A stretch of 64,000 nucleotides of DNA, from positions 6,996,722-7,060,721 of the forward strand of contig OZ037766.1 of assembly GCA_964035545.1 (NCBI GenBank), written 5' to 3'. This DNA is from Bugula neritina. Taxonomy: Eukaryota > Animalia > Bryozoa. Made by a program: the position numbers and the translations under genes. Shown in pieces: positions 1-11,605 of this stretch. The notes beneath the pieces are model-generated. The model made no database searches. It was not told the origin of the DNA and saw only the letters and a list, made by a program, of their open reading frames with translations. The first letter of the stretch is position 1; every line of letters starts with the position of its first letter.

Positions 1-249
1 ATATCTAGAGTATAAAAAATGCAAATTGTAGTAGTTATGGTTGTTGTAGATATAATTGTATATAATTGTTAAAAATGAAGAGTGCTATATTTAACATAAT
101 ATAGCATAACTTCCCTTTCTTAAAGCACAAAAACTGTCATATATTTTAGCCTGCTCCTAGCTCTAGTTTTAGTAGCTGAATTTTATTTGACAGCATCTCA
201 TACCTCCCCGCTGTCTACGACGCAACGCTGTCGGCCAGAACTTTCTTAC

Positions 250-3200
250 CTCCATGAGAATCGCTGCCGTTACGGAAAGTACAGACACAGTAGCAGAGAT
301 TAGAAATGCCATTGGAGCTAAATATACGCCTTCACCATCACCGCTGACTTTAGTAACAACAATAGCAAGACAAAGCAGCAGCAGTGCAAACCATTGCAAT
401 ACAGTGATGTGCCTCTTAAACAAAACCCTGTAAGTAATGGAGTTATGAATAAAAACTATTATTACACATTGACTTTGCAACAATAAACTGGCAGCAGAGA
501 AGTCATAGCGGCAGCGTACATGGTGAGATGGTGCAATGAGAGGAAGTTGTAGTGCTGCTACTAGCCTGAGCCGTGATTGTAAACAGACTAACTATATTGG
601 TTGTCGTGGCAACAGCAAAAACAGCATCATTAGCAGTTAAGCACCATGGTTAAAAAATAACTTTCACCACATAAAAGCATAGAAAACATTGAAAGCCAAG
701 CAACTTAAAGTAAACTTACCTGTACATACAGTAGTTACTATATACTTACCTGTACATACAGTAAGTACTATATACTCACCTGTACATACAGTAAGTACTA
801 TATACTCACCTGTACATACAGCAAGTACTATATACTCACCTGTACATACAGTAGTTACTATATACTTACCTGTACATACAGTAAGTACTATATACTCACC
901 TGTACATACAGCAAGTACTATATACTCACCTGTACATACAGCAAGTACTATATACTCACCTGTACACACAAGCAGTCATAATAACTCTGCTCTGAGATAG
1001 AATGCTCCAGACAGCTGGAGTGGTAAAGTGGAAGGCGTAGAGGAAGAGGTTGTTGTTGATGGCGTACAGTACAGACGGAAGAGCAAACATGAGCGAGAGA
1101 GACACTTTCTGAAGAGTATTATCGTTGAGTAGCTGTACGGTGATCAGACACAACTTTAGCAGTTCAGTAGAGAAAACTATCAGAGTCTAAAACAGGAGTC
1201 TATTACAGCTCAAAGTGATAGAACTACTAAGCTAATTCAACAACTCACTAGTCTTCTCAGTGTGTAAAATAATATTAGAGAATTATTAAAAAAGGTAAGC
1301 TGCATGAATTTAGCGGAAGTATTTTTGTCTAGTTGAAAATTTTGTATCAAATGAGTGTTGGAATGAACAGACTGAGATGCTTTACACATATCTGATAACA
1401 GTGACCTAGTCAGCATTAAGTGGTGGCAGCACGGGGCACCTGCACTAACCTGTTTCACAGGATATACGTCATGGTTGTAGTACTTTAAGGCGTAGCTGCA
1501 CATCATTTTACTCAGATCAAGTACGATGAATAATATGACATAAAGGAGGGTCTCTCTCCGTGATTTTACCTATCAGCAGTATGTTATATAACATTATATC
1601 AATATATAATTACATCAATATATCATATCAATATATTAATAATCATTATATTTTTATATCATTATACTACTTACTATATTGTACCAGTATATTATTATAC
1701 AACTAAATCAATAAATTAACATATTATTTTTCTTAATACATTGGTACATCGTTGTATAAATATTCTCACCATCTTTCATCGTAACTGTTTTAGTCGCTGC
1801 GGGCAACAGGCATTGTATAAATATATCAATCTATTGATGTATCAGCATATCATTAGATCAATAGCTAATATATATTTATATTAACATATACGAGTATTTA
1901 AACTAATATATACACATGCTGCACAACATACATCTTGACATAATGATGTCAGATTAGAACATTGTTTCACATATCTTTAGTGAGCTTCAACTATAACTTT
2001 TCAAAATAAATGTGCAAACAGTATAATTTCATCTCAAGCACTTATATAAACTCAACTGATAAGTGCCAGTGTAATTTTATATGAAAAACATACTAGTATT
2101 AGACAACTGTTGCTATGACTGAAACTATTTGTTCAACAGACATGCATAACTACCTCTCGGTCTAAAGTTACAGCAGCCAATGACTTTTCAGCTCCATTTA
2201 AGGTTATCTCACTTGCACCTGTCTAATAAAGGTATTGAATAAATGAGACTGATAGTTGAACATATGCAACTTCATAACAATTGATTATACTTAATTCAAA
2301 TATTACAGCTAACTTATCCAAATTGCATGTTTGAATAAAAAACATGTGACGCAAATAAAAGATAAACACTTTCCTGTTGAAGTAAATGTTGTAAATGTTG
2401 CAAATCGGAAACAATATAATTTTCTCGAAAACAAATATACCTACTTACACTAAAACAAAGATATTTTAAAAGCAAATTGTATCTAGTTAATTTTTTAGTC
2501 AAGATATACAACTTTGAAAGATTAAACTAAAGAATGTGGTGGTACATATTCTTTGGGCAAATTTAGCTGTTTACACATAAACCCTTTTGCTAAATAAGTC
2601 ACTATTTTAGTGGGTATATATCCATATTAGTTATTTGATCTGGTTAGCCAACAACAAACGCATAAAAACAAACTCGTAAAATGTTATAAATCATATATTT
2701 ATATATTACATATAGAAAGAACACACATGTTAGTATATTGGCTGCCTTAATCTTGGTTAACCGTGTATACCTTACAACGAATATAGCTAAAATAAATTTA
2801 ACATTTGTTCCAATATGAAAAAATAAAATTCTCTTGCATATACGTACAGTTGCGGCATTTGATTAGTGTGCAAGAAAATCAGAATGATTAAATTACAATG
2901 AAGCTAGTGCTCATGAAACTAAATGTGCATACTTTTTATCAGCCATAATTAAATATATCTTATAATTTATTGAGATAGTTGCTAACGAAAAATAATTGTT
3001 ATTCAACCTTGCGTTTAATAATTGGCATACTATGTTAAAACGATTAAAAATTTAACAGATTTATTTAGCAACTTTAACCCACTACTAAATGCATTCTTTA
3101 ACTTAATTTATAAAAATAATGAAAAAATTGAATAATACAAAAGAAGTATGTGAAATGACATGGTAAACTATCTACTGACATAACAAACATTTCAGAGCAA

Positions 3201-3265
3201 ATGAAAATTAAGTTACATACCTTTTTGTCGGTTGCAACAAAAATTGCTTCAGAATTGGTTGACAT
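250..3265 (-). CDS. SLC35A-like nucleotide-sugar transporter, 5' part (3' exons lie off the window)
   Basis: Hand-spliced exons 3265-3221 (MSTNSEAIFVATDKK), 2222-2154, 1569-1450, 1186-960 and 427-250 are phase-compatible with GT-AG boundaries. The translation includes TLIVFSTELLKL, FALPSVLYAINNNL, SQSRVIMTACVYRVLFKRHITVLQWFALLLL, matching SLC35A-family motifs. The two most 5' exons are less certain. Confidence 0.85.
712..970 (-). repeat. 30-bp minisatellite spanning a 5' splice site (8 full units, 9 donor copies)
   Basis: On the - strand the unit is GTRAGTATATAGTACTTRCTGTATGTACAG (minor variants). Donor GT positions are 959, 929, 899, 869, 839, 809, 779, 749 and 719. Confidence 0.97.
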
Positions 3266-3494
3266 GGTATCTCAGCTATCAGGCTATTATTTGTCTACAT
3301 AGCCATTGGGTGTCTACAACTAAATGAAACCAGTCTATTAACACTTGAACCAAACACATTCAAAAGGAAAAATATTCCTAGTAAATTCATTGCAGTAAAC
3401 TTTTAATATTGCAGAAAAATGAAAAAAATTAAGCTGTTAGAGTAAAACTTTAAAACAAAAAATTTAAAGTGATTGTTTTACCAATATAATAAAC

Positions 3495-4480
3495 TTAGTA
3501 CTACTACTACTACTAGTAGTAGTACATCCACTATTACTAGCACTAGTAGACGTAGGTAGTACTACTAGTAGTAGTAATCGTAAGACGTAAGTAAAGTATT
3601 TCTAGTACTATTATTATTAGTATTAATATTATTATTTATTATTAGTATAACTGTCAGTATAAGTATTAGTATTACTATTAATTACTCATTCTATTACTAT
3701 TAGTATTAGTGGTAGTATTAGTATTACCTTTAGTTTTACTAATACTAGTACTATCAGTATTAGTATAACTATAAGTATAAGAATATTACATTTATTATTA
3801 GTATTACTAATAGTAAATGTAATATTCTTATACTTATTAGTATTACTATTAGTAGTATTACTATTAGTACTACATTACACTTACAGTGAAGTCAGTGATT
3901 ACACTTTACAGTTACTATTACTATTAGTATTAGTATAACTATAAATATTACATTAGAGTTAGACTACATCAGACTCAGTCTGAGTCTCAGACTGAGACTT
4001 AAAGTTACTGTTTGTGATTATTAAAGCATTGCTATTAGTATTACTATTGGAGTATTAGTATTACTATTAGTATTACTATTAGTATTAGTTTAAGTTATTA
4101 CTATTAATATTAGTAATTAAACTTTTAGTAAAACTAAATGTACTTTGTAGGCTAATTACTATTAACAATACTAATTACTAATTAGTAATTACTATAACAT
4201 TAACTATTACTATTAGTATTACTATTACTATTAGTATTACTATTAGTATTACTATTAGTATTACTATTAGTATTAGTTTAAGTTATTACTATTAATATCA
4301 GTAATTAAACTTTTAGTAAAACTAAATGTACTTTGTAGGCTAATTACTATTAACAATACTAATTACTAATTAGTAATTACTATAACATTAACTATTACTA
4401 TTAGTATTACTATTAGTATTAGTATTACTATTAGTATTAGTATTACTATTAGTATTAGTATTACTATTACTACTACATTT
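3495..4480. repeat. AT-rich (TAC/TAT/TAG)n low-complexity tract with an internal ~188-bp direct duplication
   Basis: Runs of tattagtattac. The block starting agtttaagttattac occurs at 4087 and 4275. Confidence 0.9.
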
Positions 4481-6365
4481 ATTCATACTTTTTAATTTTA
4501 GGTATTATTTATAACCATAATAATAAGTAAAAGCTAGAGTTATACTTATAACTTATGAGTATAATAATAATAATATTTATGATAGTGAATAGCAATAACC
4601 AATAACTTGTTTTGTAAGGAACCCTGTAAATTTAAAACGGTAGCCTGTAGGGCGTAGGCTGTGACATGGTAAAAAGTCACATGAAGGAGCACTGAATTAT
4701 TGGTCACTGAGTGCATTGTTTTGGGGGCGGCGAGGTTGGAGTTCGGCCAGCGAATGTGTTTACAATTACAGTACGTGGTAACTCCAAACTTGATGCTGTC
4801 TCTAGCGATATTTAAGCAGAAACTGTTTAAAAAAATTAGAACTGGTCTAGTAAAACTCGCTTTGTTAGCCACTATTGAAATAAACAGTATGTGCCATTTC
4901 AATAAATTATTCTGTGTTTTATCTATTAAAATATAACTTTAGGGAGTTTTAATCTAATTTTAATTTTAGTAGGTTCAGCCTAATGACCCATCAGTTCTAC
5001 AGTTAAGCCAGAGGCTCGATTAAACCTAAACCTAAGGAAGATAACTCCATTATCAATAAAATCTTGCGTTTCTGGTTGCAAAATGCCATATTGCACTTTG
5101 TAATGTTTACATCCCAGAAAACTATAAAGCCAATCATTTTGCACCATCAATAATGCATGTTGAAAGAAATGGCTAATGATTTTGATGCATACTTCTATAA
5201 CTAACATGATAGATTGTTTATATTATATAAACTAGCTACAGTACTAGACATCGTATTATATATAGTAGTTATTAAGATTAAATATTATTATTATGTAATT
5301 GTAGTCTATTAGTTGGCAATTAGCAAGTAAGCACACCTTTAAGTTATATCACAGTCAATAGGTCTATAAAACCAGGTTAAACTTATGAAATACCTAATCA
5401 TGGTCGTGTATATTATTTCTACCAAAGGTGATGCAGTAGTATTAAATTTAGTTGTATTTCAATTTCATTTTAATTGTTTGTTTATATATCACTAATTGTT
5501 AGCTTTTTGAATACAACTACCACATTCTTGTTTATTTTAAAATGCAATTTAATCAGATAAGTAAAAATAACACTTAAAAGATATTTTAGCTACAGCAGAC
5601 CTTAATAAAAATTGAAAAAATATATCAGCAGATGGCGGTATTGGGAAAAAAGCCAATGATGCGAAACTAAAAATCAAGCCATTGTATGTTGAATATTTCA
5701 GAAATAGCTGTCCTATACCCATGCTCACTTCTAAAACTGTGTATGAGCATGTTTTATTCATCCCTGCTTATCTCCCCCCCCCCTCCCATAAGCATTGAAT
5801 AAATCATGATAATGCATAAAATATCTGGAAATATGGTAACATGATGCATACATGGCATCTATATAATTATGTAACAAACTCTACAGATTACATGTTTGCA
5901 ATGATAAGTTGTATTTTATACCAAGAACTACATATTTGACAGTTGGCCTACTACTACAGATCTGTTAGGTTTGTGTTTAATACAGTGCTCAACTTAGTAT
6001 ATAAGCCAGCAAAATCTGCAAAGTGTAAACCTTCAAATTTATAGTTTCACAGGTACCTGGTTCAGGTGTAATCAGATAGCCTTTAACATAGTATATGGCC
6101 TGCAGTGGTTGTTCATTAATTTGCTGAGAAGTTGCAGCCAAGCAATAGCCATAAACACTACTGGGATTACGCAATAACTAGTTACAAGACTACTGCAGAT
6201 ACTATACTGCACTGTGTTGAACAACATGAGCAATTGCAGATAAATTAGAGAGTAAGTTGCTTGTTGAATCGAAATGTAAATATCATAAGTAATTAAAAGA
6301 AGAGGAAGCTGTGAACTAATGAGATAATAACACTAGCTCAGTGGAGTTTACAACAGTTTAAGCTG

Positions 6366-9300
6366 ATGGCAGGCAACAAAATGCTGCAGCTGCTTATTTT
6401 CGAAGCGATGGTATGTTATTATTATTTTCATTTTAATCAAAACTCAGCAAAAAAGTCAAATTTTGTTGTATCAATTTTTCATAGCTGTTAATTAAAACCC
6501 AAAGCATAGATTATGCTTATCTTTTAGGCTTTTATTTCTTATAAGATTAAATGAACTTTTATGTAATGTTTTTATTTAGCTAGTAAATTTGTTTTGTAGA
6601 CTGTAATTCTGTTAGCAACTGCTCAAACCAAAGGTATGAACTTTATAATGTTCCATTGCTTTGTACATCATGCAAGGTCTATGCAGGTATGAAGTATGTA
6701 AGTTTTTCAATGAATAAAATCCAAGTTTTATTCTTTGAAACTCGTATATTGATAGAGTAAACATTACATGGCTCGTGATAATATTGGGCCAATATGTTAA
6801 TAATTAGAAATCATTTATTCATGGCTTTAGTAACAAGAAATTTTTGAGGTCGACTTTATAAGAATATAATGTAAGTTAATACAAATGGATAGATCTTTAG
6901 CGACGTTAGAGGGATATGATAGTGGAAACAGTTAAGCTTGAATTTAAAGAAAATTAAAAAAAATTTGATAACTGACTGGTTTAGTGTGCTCCTCCACACA
7001 CCCATAGTTTGAAATTCTCAAGAAAATACAACATTTTTGCTATAGTTTTAATCTAGAATAAATACTCTTCTCAATTTCCTCTTTACTGCACCTACCTTGA
7101 TTTAATGAGATATGCATCCATGCAGGGATTTAAACTAAACAGCTTTTAAGCTACAATTATATTATTTTGAAAAATATGTTGACTTGCTTTAGCTATCAAG
7201 TCCTCACCTATCTCTGGCTGTTCAGCTCGAGTAGCGGCTTTGCACTAGCAAATGTATAATATTTAATACTTAAAGTAGTTCTGAGATTTGCTTAAATACA
7301 TCTATCAAACTAATATTATACTCGTAGGAGGCACTATAACAACCACATCGGCACCATGTGCAGATAAAGATCCACACTGCAGAGAGTGGGCTGCGGTGGG
7401 CCAGTGCACAGGCTCGTCTGATTATATTGAAAACACCTGTGGCTACAGTTGTGGCTTCTGCACCCCAGGTGAGACTATTCCCATCCAATACTATTTCCAT
7501 AATATGATTCGATTAAAAGGATCTCATACAAGTTAGTTGGAACGTTTACACTCATCTCGACTCTGCATGAGAAGGTTGAATGGCACCAAAAGCTTTCAGG
7601 AACAACTAAATTCTTTGAGGAAATTTTCCAACAGAACTATGAAAAACTCAAACTGTTTTATGTCTAATTTTTAGAAGCTTTCTTGCTATATTGACTGACA
7701 AAGCTCCATCCTTATAACATGCCAGCCGCCATATTATGCTAAAGTTTGCTAAACAATTAAAAATTGATATAATAATGTAGTTTAGTTGTTTAAAACCTAT
7801 AGGCTAAAAATAACCTTCAGTCTTCAATTTAAAACTATACAAAGATTTAAATGATTCAATTAACTTTAAGCCAATCACAGATAGAGTTACAGCCGGCTTA
7901 GTGAAAAAGGTGAGAAAGATGATTTTATAAGCATACAAAGACAGTGCCTTAAATTTTCCAAAGCTGCAAATCTGTCATTTTATTTATGATCTATTGCTTA
8001 TTTATTGTAGCAGAATTTAAAATACTTTATAAATATTTATAACTTAAAATACTCTATAAACATATATAATTTGAAATATTCTCTATAAATATTTATAACT
8101 TAGGATATTCTATAAATATTTATAATTTAGAGGGAGAAGTTCAAGCGCCAGACAACCTGTGTGTAGACCTAGACTCAGAATGTTGGAGGAACTTAGTAAA
8201 TGGAACTTGTATTACAGATTATCCATTGTATGTGATGCATAACTGTAAATACACTTGCGGCTACTGTCCAAGTACGTATCAATTGTAAAGATAGATATTC
8301 TGCTTACATTTATAACTTAAGGTTTTAAATAGTATACTTCTTTAAAGATGACAAAAACAAACGTTGAAAATATGCATTTCAAATGCTTTACACTTTCAAT
8401 CCTATTTTTTTAATTGAGATTCATTACAAAAATACAAATTCTAAAAATGTATGGTTTCAGTTTGAAATCCAAATAGTTTTTAATCAGTATATTGTTTGTA
8501 GCCAACAATTCAGAGCCAATTTGAATAACTTCAATTACAAGGTCTATAGACAACATGTTAAAAATATATAACAGAAATTTTAGCTTGTTACTGTACAGTT
8601 GAATTTAATGCATTTGCTACAGTTTTAAACATGCTTATAATTGTTACTTCACCATAACTCTTCACTTTATCTTCTTATCTCTCACCAAAACTCAAAATGG
8701 TTTTATCGATTAGAAACAACATTGTTGAAAAGTCATAATTTATCATAATTTGGTAGCTATACATAAATAAAGGGCATAAGAACAAAACATTACTTATTTT
8801 TAGCCAAAATCTAATCTGCGAGAAGCAATAAATAATGGTACATGTTACTAATTAGATATAAACAAGCATATATATTAAATAAGTACAACAAACATGAAAA
8901 AGTAACTTCATAATGAGAAAATATAAATTATATGCTTTTACAATGAATATAAACTTAGTATGATTTTGTTCATCGGTAAAGTTGCCTATGCATGCGATCT
9001 ATTGCAGGTGTTTTTCTCATAAACATGACATAGGCATAAGTTTATTACATAATATTCATGCCATGTATTTGCTGCTCAGCTGTGAGCGAGACTGCTGTCA
9101 TTTCTGACATTGTGCCAAAAGATAGTTGTGAGGATACAAGCATATACTGTGCAGAGTGGGCAGGGGATGGGGAGTGTGAGACTAACCCGATGTTTATGAT
9201 GAAGAACTGCACTAAGACATGTGGTGTTTGTCCTGCAGGTACCATGTCATGTAAATATTATACTGCATGTGTCGAACAATAGTTTTATAATACAATGTAA

Positions 9301-9820
9301 TATGAGTATACTATAATATTATATATTATAATATAATAGGATATAAAACCTGATATATTATAAAATAATATCATATAATGATATGAGATAAAATAATACA
9401 ATATAATGAAATATATAATAGTATCATATGATATTATATAGCATAATGTGTTGTAATGTAATATAATACGTGAGAAATATATACTAATATATAACATAAT
9501 GCAGTGTAACGCAATGCAGTATGCATGGTATAGCATAACGTAATACAATGTAATGTAATATAAAATGGTATAACATGTTTTAATATCATATATAATTAAC
9601 ACATTAATGGTGTCAGCAAGTTAATATTTACTGTTTTGTAGATGTGTGCTACACATGCTCAGATACATTATTATGTGTGAACACAGTGAGTGAATGTAAC
9701 CAATACTGCCCTAAAGACAACAAATGTGTAGACAGGGTTGTAAACTCCTCCTGTTTGTTAGAGATGCCCTTCTATTGGAGTCTGTTTGCTTCACTACTAG
9801 TAGCATTGCTTCATTACTGA
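6366..9820 (+). CDS. Secreted 3xShK-domain protein with C-terminal 6-Cys module and putative GPI-anchor signal (232 aa)
   Basis: Exons 6366-6410, 6600-6633, 7328-7468, 8131-8271, 9080-9238 and 9642-9820 give 699 nt in one frame. Signal-like start MAGNKMLQLLIFEAMTVILLATAQ. ShK domains: CADKDPHCREWAAVGQC...CGYSCGFC, CVDLDSEC...CKYTCGYC, CEDTSIYCAEWAGDGECETNPMFMMKNCTKTCGVC. Tail: NSSCLLEMPFYWSLFASLLVALLHY*. Confidence 0.88.
8021..8130 (+). repeat. ~27-bp degenerate tandem repeat (4 units) ending at a 3' splice site
   Basis: Units resemble aatattctataaatatttataacttag. The last unit supplies the acceptor AG at 8129-8130. Confidence 0.8.
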
Positions 9821-11051
9821 GTAAATAATTATATACTGGACTTAAAATAGTTCCTATTGAGTAATTTGTTTATTACAGACTTAATTTAGTTTAAATATCA
9901 TCTTTTTGAATTAGAGTAGAAAATAAGTATCATTTGGTAACTTTTGTATGCATGGAGAATGTGTTGTACACATTTCCACCAGTATTATCTTACAATTTTT
10001 CATTTACATTAATTGTTTTGTTATTATATTTACATTTATATTACTTATATACTACTTACATATTGTATTGCATGAAATTTACAAATAAAGTGTTATGTAA
10101 TTATGCCACATTGCATTTATTATATAAGATAAATATCACAAATTAATCTTATAAATACTAATATACTCCATTGAAGAATGAATAATAATATTATAATTCT
10201 CAAGACCCATTTTACAACATTATGACAAAATACAAAATTTGCCTGCAACTGAGTTACTCATTAATTGACAGAAAAATATTTTTAATTTCAGCAGATTCAC
10301 CTAAATAATGTTTCAAGATATTTGTAAAGTGTTCTACAGTACTGAACTGATTGCATGTACTAGTTAACAGAAAACTTCAGCCACATTTGACATCATCACA
10401 GTGGTAATAAGTATGCCATTGAAGTCCAGTAAGTTATGACAATTAGCTCTTCCATCGAAAAGCTGCCAACAGTAAAACTTACTTGAGTTTTTCAAAAGTA
10501 TAATTTTGTTAAATAAAACCCTATAAAAGCTATTACTTGTTGTATTTATCACATTTTACCAATATAGCAGAAGTAGTTGCTGGTATGTTGAATACATATC
10601 TATCATACATCCCAACTTGATGTTTTTGCCATACAGCATAGAAACATGCTTTAGTTATCTTTTCCTATTTGAACCACAGCAATAAATTAATTGTCTTGTC
10701 ACATATGGAAAGTTGGCTTAATTTCTTAAAACCAACAAGAGGCATCGTACTGAGCTTGTACATAGAGTTTATGAGCATACTTTGAGGATAAACCACTATA
10801 TTCTATAGCTACAGTCAAGCATGATGGAATTTAATAAACTTACAATTATCTACACAAACCCTCTCTAAAAGTAAACAATACAATTTATTGAATTTTTGCA
10901 ACCCTGCTGTTTGTAGCCACCACAATAACATTGTGGATATACTATACAGTTTGTTAATCACACCATACCTTGGAGAATGTCTGTAACATGTCAAACTGAG
11001 TACCTGCGATCACCTGTCAAGGTGGCACTGGATAACGACTGTCATCTTTGT

Positions 11052-11079
11052 CATATATATATATATATATATATATATA
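11052..11079. repeat. (TA)n microsatellite
   Basis: Direct reading. Confidence 0.95.
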
Positions 11080-11605
11080 GGACGAAGATTAGTTTTGGGC
11101 ACAAGCAGCTAGATTAAGCACTGGTACCTTTGCTTATAGTTGGTATAAGATAAATATGCTAAGCATGCATATCAGTAGAAAATTCAGCATCAAATTTAGT
11201 TGAGAATAGTTTTTGCTTTTCACCATTGCATATATCCTCGTCCGTAATAATTTTACAAATTGCCAAATGTTGCATGGTAAGCGAATATAATTCCCAATGA
11301 TTAAAACATTCGTTATCACCAGTGGGTGTGTTTATTATTCAATTGTAAATTTAGGTATCCAATTTCCAAACTGTTACTCAAAATGCATGCCAAGTAGAGC
11401 TGCTTTGAAATCAACCAGACACTAACAGCATACCATAAAACTAAATATTTACAAATAAATTGTCATCTACATTTTTAAGATGTGCAAGTTAGCGATTTTA
11501 CAAAATTTTGAGTTCAGTGTGGAGTGACCTTTCACCAGCTCATTCTCATATTTTATTCTGGGATTTACTGCAGAGCAGAGTAAATGGTGACAGCTAGCTT
11601 AAACT

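Noticed and set aside
664-1000. ORFs MCTGEYIVLAV... and MKAKQLKVNLPVHT...
   Set aside because: By-products of the 30-bp intronic repeat; not in the transporter's coding frame.
4630-4800. CpG-richer patch as a shared promoter for the divergent SLC35A-like and ShK genes
   Set aside because: The position is plausible, but no TSS or diagnostic motif can be supported from sequence alone.
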